From positions 31,473 through 95,472 of the forward strand of contig NZ_JAYGHQ010000013.1 of NCBI RefSeq assembly GCF_034931425.1: 64,000 nt of DNA, in the 5' to 3' direction. The position numbers and the translations under genes are program-made. The notes beneath the pieces are model-generated. The model had not been told where the DNA came from. It searched no databases and worked only from the letters and a program-made list of their open reading frames with translations. Shown piece after piece: positions 28,751-37,736 of this stretch. This DNA comes from Crocosphaera sp. XPORK-15E (GTDB taxonomy: Bacteria; Cyanobacteriota; Cyanobacteriia; Cyanobacteriales; Microcystaceae). The first letter of the stretch is position 1; each line of letters begins with the position of its first letter.

Positions 28751-30043
28751 ATGTTGTTTCAGTTCTCTCCCCTCATTGAAGCAGGAATCGCAGCAGGTAA
28801 ATATGCACCAGTCTTTTCTTCTGGGGTTCCCATTGGTCTTGCCAGAGATGCAGCCACAGGGCAGTTTGTTGGTCTTGCCCAAGGTTTTATAAACAGTGCA
28901 GGGATGGCAGCCAACCCCCTAACCGCCTCCCTACAAATCGTGACCAGTGGCGCACAAATGTATCAAACCCATAGAGGTTTTCAAGTCGTGCAACAAGGGC
29001 TTCAATCTATCCAAGCCAGTGTAGGAGTCTTGCAAGCTACTACCGCCGTCATTGGGGTAGGAGTGGCCGCAGGGGTTGCGCTTTCTGCTGTGAATCTCTA
29101 TCACACCCTAAAATTAAGAAAAGCCGTAGAGAGACTGGAAATAAACGTAGAAAACGGTTTTATTGACTTAAAGCAAGCTTTGAAAGACCAAGGACGAGAA
29201 ATTATTCAACTCATAGAAGAAGTCGCTCAAGATATTAAATTTGAACAACATCGTTTAATTTTAGTCAAAGCCTATGGTTTGTTTACAAAGGCAATAAATC
29301 GTTTGCGTTCAGCCCTTCAATTACAAGATATTAGCCGCAGAAATGCTGAAATCGATTCAGCACGAGGAATGTTATATGAAGCTCTAGCAGACTATACTAA
29401 CCCCCAATTACTTGAGGAAATATCAGCCCCAGGAATCCTTCGCCGCGCCGAATGTGCTTGGGGTATTGAACAAACCATTATCTCAACTTACCAGATGCAA
29501 GGGGAGTTATCCGTTGTTAGCGATCGCCTAAAGTGTCTCCAAGGTAAGATCCGCCAAGATACGGTTAAAGTCGTTAAATCTTGTGAAACTGAAGACGAGC
29601 TTGATTTTCTGTTTCCTGAAATCAGCCGAATTCGTTATCATGATCTAGTTGTCATCGAGTCTTGGCAAACTCAAAATGATTGGATAAAGTCCCTCCCTTC
29701 TGAAGACCTAAAATTACTTCAAAGTGCTGATTTTAGCGAGACAGATGTTCCTCTTAGTAATAATCAAAAAGACATTCCACTTATCCCATCAGAACCTTTA
29801 GAACTTTCGCTTTATAAAGAGTTACAAGAAAAGTCTCATCCTGGTTCTCTACGAGATCAGTTATTCTTTATGATGGACTCTAATTTACGTCAAAACGCTG
29901 AATTATATATTAGTCAGCAAGCTAATTTATCGGCACATAAAACCTTAGCTTCATCCAATTTACAAATCGCTTCAGATTTAACCGTTGCTAATCTTTACTG
30001 GTATTTTAAATTAAGAGATGATTCAGAGGATATTTTAAAGTAG
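28751..30043 (+). CDS. Hypothetical 430-aa protein, divergently transcribed from the BDLP gene, with a Gly/Ala-rich hydrophobic N-terminus
   Basis: It is a long uninterrupted ORF. No family was recognised. Confidence 0.55.
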   Translation: MLFQFSPLIEAGIAAGKYAPVFSSGVPIGLARDAATGQFVGLAQGFINSAGMAANPLTASLQIVTSGAQMYQTHRGFQVVQQGLQSIQASVGVLQATTAVIGVGVAAGVALSAVNLYHTLKLRKAVERLEINVENGFIDLKQALKDQGREIIQLIEEVAQDIKFEQHRLILVKAYGLFTKAINRLRSALQLQDISRRNAEIDSARGMLYEALADYTNPQLLEEISAPGILRRAECAWGIEQTIISTYQMQGELSVVSDRLKCLQGKIRQDTVKVVKSCETEDELDFLFPEISRIRYHDLVVIESWQTQNDWIKSLPSEDLKLLQSADFSETDVPLSNNQKDIPLIPSEPLELSLYKELQEKSHPGSLRDQLFFMMDSNLRQNAELYISQQANLSAHKTLASSNLQIASDLTVANLYWYFKLRDDSEDILK

Positions 30044-30093
30044 TAAAAGCCCTACAGAAAAGGTGTTATAAATCCGCCAAGAGACGGTTAAAG

Positions 30094-30330
30094 TTAGCGA
30101 GATTTATTTAATTCATGTTCTTTGTAAGCTTTAGCAGAAGCTTTTATCCAAGTGCTTGCAGCTATGACAAAGGGAACAAACATGACAAAAAACCCAGTGA
30201 ATAAAGGATGTTGACGACCAAAAGGATTATTCATTAAAAAGGCAATAATTAAGCCACAATAAACTAATCCTACTAAGGGCAAACCAATAACTAATAGGGC
30301 AAATTTCGTATCTTTATCCACGGGAAACAC
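30094..30330 (-). CDS. Small two-TM membrane protein, hypothetical
   Basis: 78 aa with two hydrophobic helices. Confidence 0.4.
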   Translation of the reverse strand: MFPVDKDTKFALLVIGLPLVGLVYCGLIIAFLMNNPFGRQHPLFTGFFVMFVPFVIAASTWIKASAKAYKEHELNKSR

Positions 30331-30355
30331 TCCTCATTTTTTGTAAGAATATCGG

Positions 30356-30922
30356 TTAATTTGTGGGGTTTGGCTGTCCCATAACCTTTGCAAAGACTGG
30401 ACGTTCCATCATCCTTTTTGCATATTCTGCCACAGCAGGATATTCATTAAAGTTCATTTTTAACATAAACTGAGCAAAGGTAAGAACTGAACCCACAGCA
30501 ACATCAGCAACGGTGAATTCATCCCCAACTAAATAGGATTTATTGGCTAAAATTGTCTCTAAAGCTGATAATAATTTGGGAGTCTCCTTTTCTCGGTTTG
30601 CTTCCACAAATAAACCTGTTGCTAAGGAAGAATTACCAAACAATACCCATTGATAAAATACGCTTTTTTCCTCAACAGAAGTGGGTAATTTACCGTATTT
30701 TTCGGCCAAATAAAGTAAAATTGCCCCCGACTCCCACAGTGTAAAATCCCCGTCTACAATTGCTGGAACTTTGCCCATAGGATTAATGGCTAAAAATTCA
30801 GGTTGACGATGTTCTCCTGCTTGCATATCTAAGAGAACAAATTCATAGGGAACCCCTAATTCTTCCAAATACCATTGAACAATCGTTGCCCGTGAAATTT
30901 TACCACCATAAAGTTTTAACAT
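30356..30922 (-). CDS. Glutathione S-transferase
   Basis: 188 aa with a GST N-terminal thioredoxin-like fold (KLYGG...NPMGKVPAIVDGDFTLWESGAILLYLAEKYG). Confidence 0.85.
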   Translation of the reverse strand: MLKLYGGKISRATIVQWYLEELGVPYEFVLLDMQAGEHRQPEFLAINPMGKVPAIVDGDFTLWESGAILLYLAEKYGKLPTSVEEKSVFYQWVLFGNSSLATGLFVEANREKETPKLLSALETILANKSYLVGDEFTVADVAVGSVLTFAQFMLKMNFNEYPAVAEYAKRMMERPVFAKVMGQPNPTN

Positions 30923-30961
30923 GGATTGTTCTTCTCCTAATCAATTAAGGATTAATGACAT

Positions 30962-33040
30962 CTACGTGGTTTTTTTCTGCTCAGGTTTTTGGGTTGCTAA
31001 CTGAGTCAAAATTTGAGGATTTTCCTGTAAGAATTTTAACACACTATTTTGATCAATAGCAACATCCGAATCGAATCCTTTAACTAATTGTTGTCCCCAA
31101 TTCATAACCGTTGGATTTTGTAAAAGTTTCGTTAAAATAGTCAAGCCACTGGTGGCCATTAATAGCTTAGTAGGGTCGCCATTTTCTCCGTTTTGAGTTC
31201 CGGCAAGAATAATAGGATTATTTCCCAATACCCCTGGTTGTGGTGCTAAAGCGGCCATAATTTCAGGTAACACTTTAATCAGTTTTTCTAGATTGTCTTC
31301 CGCAAGTTGTACAGTTAAAGCTTTGACAGAAATTGTATTTTGTGCTGCAATTTTTGCTTTTTCACCCTCTGCTTCTTTGAGAGATTTATCTAATTCTGCC
31401 GCCGCTTTAATTTGAATTGCTTCTGCAAGTTGTAAAGCGATACTCTTTTCGTTTTCTGCCATCAGTCTTTTTTGCTCTAATTCCCCTTTTTGAGCGATTA
31501 AAGCGGTTTCTTTCTGTTGTTCAGCTTTAATAAGGGCAATTTCTTTGTGAGTTTCTTCTTCAGCCCTTTGAATCGCGTCTTCCTGCTCTATTTTAGCCAT
31601 AGAAACTGCTGTTTGCGATTCAATCAGATCTTTTTCAGCCACCGCTAATTCTTGATTCTTTTCTTTGATTCTAATCCCTTTAGCTATTTCTGCCGATTCG
31701 ACTGTTTCTTTCTTTTGAATTTCAGCCACCTCTAATTCTTGATTCTTTTCTTTGATTCTAATCCCTTTCTCGATTTCTGCTGATTCGACAGCTTCTTTTT
31801 GTTGAATTTCAGCCACCTCTAATTCTTGATTTTTTTGCTTAATTCTAATGCCTTTCTCGATTTCTGCTGATTCGACAGCTTCTTTTTGTTGAATTTCAGC
31901 CACCTCTAATTCTTGATTTTTTTGTTTAATTCTAATGCCTTTATCAATTTCTGCCGATTCAAGAGCTTCTTTTTGTTGAATTTGTCGCTCTTGTATTTCT
32001 TGTGCAGAGGAGATCATTCCTTCTTTAATTTCTTGTTCTTTTTGCACTTTAATCAATTCTTGTGTAGCCCTTTCTGTTTGTCGGACTTCAAGAATTTGCC
32101 TTTCATTAGCAGTAGTCATTTGCTCAATTTGCAGACTATTTTCTAACTCTTTTTGCCTTAATTGCCGTTCGGCCGACAATTGTTTTTGGGTTTCTTGTAG
32201 TTTTAGTAAAGCAATTTCTGTTTTCGTTTCCTCTTGTACTTTTTCCAGTTCTTTTTTATTCTGTTGTACGATAGATTCTCGCGTAACAACTGCTTGAATA
32301 TCTAAATAATTATCAGGATTATAATGATTAAGTTCATCAATGTTAGTAATGGCAATATTGAGTAATTGCAAGCCATAACGGGCCAAATCAGGTTCTATCT
32401 TAGATTTAAGATGATTTGTTACCATGTCCACGCTGCCTTGTAATTCCCCTAAATTCGCTTGAGAAGCAGCATCACGCAAATGGCCTTCCAGAATATCATT
32501 GACTCGTTTTTTGATGTCTTCTTCTTCTACTAAGATTTCTTTGTCCCCTTTTTTTCCACTTCCGAGCAACATGGCCGCGTTACGAATACTCTCTAAATCT
32601 GGGTTAACTCGTACCTGTAAACTGCCGTTAAATACTGCTTTGAGAAAATCTTTAGTTCTTAAGGGCTTTTCTACAGTATTACCCCGTACAACAGTAACCG
32701 TCACCTGATTAAGTGAAACAATGGTAATGGCTTCAAATCCAGGGAAAAAGAGGGTAGAACGAGTTATAACCTGTTTATCACGGGTGGGGCCTGAGATGAC
32801 AAAAGCTTCATTGGTGTTACAAACCCGATAAAATCTAGTAAACATCAAGTAACTGATCATCAGCACCCCTAGGATGCTACCGCCAACAATTCCGACGGGT
32901 ACAAGCCAAGCCCAATCGCTGTTAAGGGGGATTTGAGCGATATAGGGGGTTTCAACCGTAGAAGCCACCTCAATATAACTGGTTTGGGGTTGTTTGGGAG
33001 AGAATTTTCGGATTAAATTTAATTCTAGTTGTGGATTCAT
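30962..33040 (-). CDS. floT: Flotillin (SPFH/band-7 family, FloT/YqiK-like) with a long coiled-coil tail
   Basis: 692 aa. An N-terminal TM helix is followed by an SPFH domain and an E/K/Q-rich coiled coil that contains an internal repeat array. Confidence 0.85.
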   Translation of the reverse strand: MNPQLELNLIRKFSPKQPQTSYIEVASTVETPYIAQIPLNSDWAWLVPVGIVGGSILGVLMISYLMFTRFYRVCNTNEAFVISGPTRDKQVITRSTLFFPGFEAITIVSLNQVTVTVVRGNTVEKPLRTKDFLKAVFNGSLQVRVNPDLESIRNAAMLLGSGKKGDKEILVEEEDIKKRVNDILEGHLRDAASQANLGELQGSVDMVTNHLKSKIEPDLARYGLQLLNIAITNIDELNHYNPDNYLDIQAVVTRESIVQQNKKELEKVQEETKTEIALLKLQETQKQLSAERQLRQKELENSLQIEQMTTANERQILEVRQTERATQELIKVQKEQEIKEGMISSAQEIQERQIQQKEALESAEIDKGIRIKQKNQELEVAEIQQKEAVESAEIEKGIRIKQKNQELEVAEIQQKEAVESAEIEKGIRIKEKNQELEVAEIQKKETVESAEIAKGIRIKEKNQELAVAEKDLIESQTAVSMAKIEQEDAIQRAEEETHKEIALIKAEQQKETALIAQKGELEQKRLMAENEKSIALQLAEAIQIKAAAELDKSLKEAEGEKAKIAAQNTISVKALTVQLAEDNLEKLIKVLPEIMAALAPQPGVLGNNPIILAGTQNGENGDPTKLLMATSGLTILTKLLQNPTVMNWGQQLVKGFDSDVAIDQNSVLKFLQENPQILTQLATQKPEQKKTT
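31636..31983. repeat. Four tandem in-frame 87-bp repeats (29-aa unit ESAEIEKGIRIKQKNQELEVAEIQQKEAV) inside the flotillin coiled-coil region
   Basis: The period is exactly 87 nt (unit starts at 31636, 31723, 31810 and 31897) with a few substitutions per unit. Confidence 0.85.
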
Positions 33041-33108
33041 GGAATTATGACCTCAAATTATTGACAGCAATTCTTAACTTTATTGTTATAGTTCATTTAT
33101 TGGTTTGT

Positions 33109-33140
33109 CAATTCATAAGTTCAGAAAATAAGTTCATATT
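33109..33140. promoter_or_regulatory. 32-bp element with tandem TGAACTTAT half-sites (minus-strand sense) upstream of floT
   Basis: It is identical to 33918-33949. On the minus strand it reads AATATGAACTTATTTTCTGAACTTATGAATTG. Confidence 0.45.
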
Positions 33141-33167
33141 ATTCATAAAAGAAAAGAGAAAATTGAT

Positions 33168-33851
33168 TTATATTAGGGGGTTATCCTTGATCGCTTTCAT
33201 TTCATCGTAACTATCGGCTTTTACTACGGCATAGCGTCGAGGTGAAACTAAACCCAGAATGTAGACTTGATCTCCTACTTGAAAATGGCGATCGCTGGCA
33301 TTTTCCCAAGGCAAACCATAAATTTGCACAGAATATTGCCCAACAGTATCATAAACATTAATCTCCATCAGTTCCTCTCCCAAGACAGAAAGAACTTTTC
33401 CTTTACAACCAATAAATCGCTCAGGAATCAGTTGTTCAGCAGTGGTATGGGTTTTTAATAAAGGTTTAAAGTGGGCAAAAATGCCGACTAGGAGTCTGGC
33501 CAACATTAACCCGACTCCTTTGATTATAAAGGATTCGGTCACATTAGGATACAAACCATATTGCCAATGCCACCATAAATTACCGCCCCAGCCGATCATC
33601 CCTATCATAAAGGGATAAATACCCAACAGAAAGAGTATGGGTGCTGATCCAACCCCGACCAAGGCTAATAATAGTCCAAAAACCGGAATTCTTAATAGGG
33701 GAACTGTAGTAGACTCCCCTTCCATCAAATCTGGTGCAAAACCCGTCAAGATGGCTAGGATCATTAACAGTAATCCTATAATTGCCATAATGATCAATCC
33801 TTGATTGGCCGGGGCTAAGAGATAACTCGCGGTTAAACTCATATCTTGCAC
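33168..33851 (-). CDS. NfeD-like membrane protein (flotillin-associated, YuaF-like) with a C-terminal OB-fold
   Basis: 227 aa. It has multiple N-terminal TM helices and a C-terminal beta-barrel GKVLSVLGEELMEINVYD...QVGDQVYILG. It sits in the canonical position upstream of floT. Confidence 0.75.
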   Translation of the reverse strand: MQDMSLTASYLLAPANQGLIIMAIIGLLLMILAILTGFAPDLMEGESTTVPLLRIPVFGLLLALVGVGSAPILFLLGIYPFMIGMIGWGGNLWWHWQYGLYPNVTESFIIKGVGLMLARLLVGIFAHFKPLLKTHTTAEQLIPERFIGCKGKVLSVLGEELMEINVYDTVGQYSVQIYGLPWENASDRHFQVGDQVYILGLVSPRRYAVVKADSYDEMKAIKDNPLI

Positions 33852-33917
33852 CTATTTAAAATTGACAAGTTAACAGCAGTCTTTTGCTCTATTGTCAGGG
33901 TTCACTGCTTCATTTTG

Positions 33918-33975
33918 CAATTCATAAGTTCAGAAAATAAGTTCATATTCTTCACAAAATAAGTTCATACTACTG
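33918..33975. promoter_or_regulatory. Second copy of the 32-bp TGAACTTAT element, with a third half-site, upstream of nfeD
   Basis: It matches 33109-33140 exactly over 32 bp and is followed by an extra ...AAAATAAGTTCATA half-site. Confidence 0.45.
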
Positions 33976-35929
33976 TTCCCGTTAAAGGGGAACTGGCGAT
34001 CGCATATTCTTTAACGGGTATTCGTCCCCCTAAATAAGCGAGTCTTCCTGCTTCTGTAGCCATTCCCATCGCTTTAGCCATGATAACGGGATTTTGAGCT
34101 AAGGCGATCGCACTATTAATTAACACTGCATCCGCGCCCATTTCCATCGCTTGAGAGGCTTCACTAGGGGTTCCGATCCCCGCATCTACGACTACAGGAA
34201 TCTTCGCTTCTTCGATAATAATAGCAATATTAGCCTGATTACGAATGCCTTGGCCCGAACCAATGGGAGAACCTAATGGCATCACCGTAGCACATCCTAC
34301 ATCTTCTAACCGCTTAGCCAATAGAGGATCAGCGTTAATATAAGGCAGTACAGCAAACCCTTCTTTAACCAACTGTTCAGCCGCTTCTAGGGTTCCTATG
34401 GGGTCAGGTAACAAATATTTATCATAAGGAATCACTTCTAGTTTGACAAAATTATTGTCTTCCTGGCCCAATAATTTAGCCATTTCTCGACCTAAACGGG
34501 CGACTCTGATGGCTTCTTCTGCGGTTTTACAGCCCGCAGTATTGGGCAACATCCAAATTTTACCCCAATCTAAAGCTTCTGCTAACCCTTCATGGCCGGG
34601 GGCGTTAGTTTGGACTCTCCTCACCGCAACCGTCACAATTTGACATCCACTGGCCACCACACTTTGCTGCATAATTGGGATGCTAGGATATTTACCTGTT
34701 CCTGTCATCAACCGCGAGTGAAATTTGCGCCCGGCAATGATTAATTCATCTACAGGGGAAAGCTGAGAAGTTCCGTTGTTGCCATTAATAGCTTGGGGAA
34801 CTGCATAATGATTAAAAGTGGTCATAGATAGGGGTGGGGGAGAAGGTTTACTGTAGAAGCGATCGCCTTTAAAATTATCCAATAAGGGATCAGTTTTTTG
34901 GTTAATTACTAAATCAGCAATCATAGATGCTGTCACTGGGGCCAATAAAATACCGTTGCGATAATGTCCTGTGGCTAAAATTAAGTTATCACAACCATAT
35001 TGACCTAAAATGGGCAATTCATCGGGAGTACCGGGCCGATAACCCCACCAAAATTCTTCGATGGGCCAGTCTGCTATTTTAGGATAAAGTCGGGTTGCTC
35101 GTTTAATCAGGGTTTCGATGCCTTGGGGGGTATTATGGGGAGTCCATCCCACATCTTCGGAGGTGGCCCCTATGATCAAACGTCCATTCTGTCGGGGGAC
35201 TAAGTAGGTTTGTGGCCCGTATAATACCCTTTGTAGGGTATAGGGTTCATTTGGTTGTTGAGGCATCCTCACAGCTAACATTTGCCCTTTGATGGGACGC
35301 ACGGGCAGGGGTAAAATTTGACTGGCCCAAGATCCACTAGCAATAATGTAGGTGTTACCTTCTAATTCTCCTTGGTTCGTTAAAATACTGGTAATTTTGC
35401 CCTGTTTTTGTTGTAGGGTATTTACAGTTACGCCATCTTTTATCTCAACCCCTAATTGTTGGGCTGCTTGACGTAGGGCCGGCATTACTTGGCGGTTGTC
35501 TACTTGTCCATCTTCAGGATACCACCAACCTCCTACCACATCATCCCCTAACCCTGGTTGATAGAGACGAATGGCGGTTTTATCTAACCATTGTCCCTTA
35601 GAATTGTTGCGTAATTCGACAGGGGGTAAGTCATAGACAGGGGCCAAGATACCACAAGGATTGTAACCGAGATCGAGTCCGGTGAGATCTTGCAGTTTCC
35701 GCACCCATTCAGGATATAACCAGCGAGACTTTAAACATAAGTCTAACAGTGGGCCAGAGGGTAATTCTTCCGCATAAGGGGCTAACATTCCTGCTGCTGC
35801 TACGGAGGCAGTTTGGGGGAAGTTTCGGTTACAAACAGTGACAGATGCGCCCCGCAGTTTTAAGTCTACTGCGATCGCCGTTCCAATGATGCCACCGCCT
35901 ATGATGATAATATCGTTTGTTGCGTTCAT
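33965..35929 (-). CDS. thiOG: Bifunctional glycine oxidase (ThiO) - thiazole synthase (ThiG) fusion
   Basis: 654 aa. The N-terminus has an FAD-binding [13 protein letters not shown] motif, and the C-terminus has the ThiG TIM-barrel ([16 protein letters not shown]...[14 protein letters not shown]). This fusion is typical of cyanobacteria. Confidence 0.85.
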   Translation of the reverse strand: MNATNDIIIIGGGIIGTAIAVDLKLRGASVTVCNRNFPQTASVAAAGMLAPYAEELPSGPLLDLCLKSRWLYPEWVRKLQDLTGLDLGYNPCGILAPVYDLPPVELRNNSKGQWLDKTAIRLYQPGLGDDVVGGWWYPEDGQVDNRQVMPALRQAAQQLGVEIKDGVTVNTLQQKQGKITSILTNQGELEGNTYIIASGSWASQILPLPVRPIKGQMLAVRMPQQPNEPYTLQRVLYGPQTYLVPRQNGRLIIGATSEDVGWTPHNTPQGIETLIKRATRLYPKIADWPIEEFWWGYRPGTPDELPILGQYGCDNLILATGHYRNGILLAPVTASMIADLVINQKTDPLLDNFKGDRFYSKPSPPPLSMTTFNHYAVPQAINGNNGTSQLSPVDELIIAGRKFHSRLMTGTGKYPSIPIMQQSVVASGCQIVTVAVRRVQTNAPGHEGLAEALDWGKIWMLPNTAGCKTAEEAIRVARLGREMAKLLGQEDNNFVKLEVIPYDKYLLPDPIGTLEAAEQLVKEGFAVLPYINADPLLAKRLEDVGCATVMPLGSPIGSGQGIRNQANIAIIIEEAKIPVVVDAGIGTPSEASQAMEMGADAVLINSAIALAQNPVIMAKAMGMATEAGRLAYLGGRIPVKEYAIASSPLTGTVV

Positions 35930-36115
35930 GGTTTATCAGTAATTTCACCCCACTCTTACCTTAACTTGTTTGGGGTCTGGATTGGAAGGGATCACTGATG
36001 AAAATTTTAGTTTTGTTGTTTCTTCAGTCCAAGCAACAAAGTCGGTTTCATACAATTTTGCAAGGGTTTTAAGCATTAAAATTAAACTCCTTTATTGTCA
36101 GGTCAAGTTTATTGA

Positions 36116-37383
36116 TTATTCACTTTCGGTAAATCCTTCTACAAAACCAACTGCTGCTTTATAGAATACATTATTTTCGCTGTAATGTTCTCCTACTTTA
36201 ATTAATGCCGTTTTACCCCCATTTAACCATCGTTCCCTATCAAATACTGGTTTAATAACTTCCCATTTCTGCGGTTGATTTCTTTGAATTTCAGTAAATT
36301 CAGCTTGTATGATTTCTGTAGCTTCTGTTTCGTTAATGTTGGGATTTTCATGATTTAGCTTATTTAACATTTCTCTAATTTCATCGAGAGAATTTTTTAT
36401 AGATGAGTCAGAAGTATAGTTATTCTGGTTTCCTTCAGCTTGATTTTTTTCATGATACTGAGTATTTCCATAAAAATTAAATGTACGTTGATCTGACATG
36501 GGATTTTCCTCTTTATTATCAAATGTAAATAAATCAGGTCGAACAATATCATTGACTAAACCCTGTACATTTACCATAGCATAACTATTGTTACATTTAA
36601 TTGTGGGTTCTTTATCATCAATGTATTTATTAAGGATATTCCAAAGATAAAAATCAGGTGACTGACTCCCTTTACACTTTGAACAATTACAAGGGACTAA
36701 TGTTTTATATTCGAGACGTTCATAAGACTTATGAATTTTATCTAATTCATGTCTCACTGTTGTTAATAAATCTCGTTTACGGTTTCCTGTGACTCTAATC
36801 CTAATTTCTCCTTTATGATAGCGATAAAGTTCAATAATTTCTGCCCTTGCACCATCTTTATTTAAAACAACTCCTGTTTTCCAAACACAAGTTTCATTTT
36901 CAATTATGGCATGGGTTTCCACAATAAAACGGGTTATAATACCTTTGGGCATAAATTCGTATTCATAACGCAAAAGCAGGTTATTTTCTTCATCCCAATT
37001 ATACTCTGGTTGCTCTGTACTTAATAATTGTGGTGCAATATAATTTCCTGGTTGACTGGGAATTTCATAACATAACTTAAAGTTCATCATTAAGCGTAAT
37101 AATTCTCCGTGCATGGTGATATATTTTTCTTCATTCCAGATATTTTTTAAATCATTGCGAGCAAATTTACCGAAGTTTTTTTAACAGTTTCATTATCTAA
37201 TACTTTATAAACTGCATCTGTTCCCCAGGCAGTATTAAGAATGATTGTTTTTTTCAAAAGATCATCATTTTGAAAGTGGAGAAATACCCCTAAGTCAGGA
37301 AAATAACCACTTAATTGTAATTTATCTTCTAAACGTTTAAATCCCTGTTGTTGACAGATGTTTAAATATTCATCAAAATTCAA
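36116..37383 (-). pseudogene. Remnant of a Roc-COR (ROCO-type GTPase) gene. Only the COR region remains, and it is split by a frameshift into ORFs 37147-37383 and 36116-37114.
   Basis: The 78-aa ORF (…YLNICQQQGF...LHFQNDDLLKKTIILNTAWGTDAVYKVL) matches the start of a COR domain. The 332-aa ORF continues in a different frame with no intervening stop in its own frame. No Roc, P-loop or LRR region lies upstream, where palindromic elements sit instead. Confidence 0.5.
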
Positions 37384-37390
37384 TCACAGG

Positions 37391-37730
37391 GTAGGGACAT
37401 AATATATTATGTCCCTACGATATTTCTTCAAAAAAGTATAAGGTAGGAAATGCAGATCAAATCAAAAGAATGATTAAAAGCCTCAAGTAAGATTTTAGTC
37501 ATGTTAATCTACAATTAAAACCTAAAGAATATTTTTCACATAAGGATAGGCAAGTTATTAAAAGAGGGCGAATGCAATTCGCCCCTACAATAATATTATT
37601 TCCCCAATGGTAGGGGCGCATTGCGTGCGCCCCTACCATTGGGGAACATCTCATTGCGTCTCGCGGTCAAGTTTATTAATGATTTATGATGAAAAAAAAT
37701 TACCTAGTTGTAGGGTGGGCATTGCCCACC
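37391..37730. repeat. Cluster of four GC-rich palindromic elements with GTAGGG...CCCTAC-type ends (REP- or MITE-like)
   Basis: Members are 37391-37418 (perfect 14-bp arms), about 37566-37589, 37602-37644 (19-bp arms, 43 nt) and 37714-37730 (8-bp arms). Confidence 0.55.
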
Positions 37731-37736
37731 GACAGA

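Noticed and set aside
30553-35000. Track ORFs 30553-30744, 31913-32146, 32499-32708, 33267-33458 and 34443-34643
   Set aside because: They are antisense or out-of-frame shadows within the GST, flotillin, nfeD and thiOG genes. The one at 31913 is low-complexity from the repeat array.
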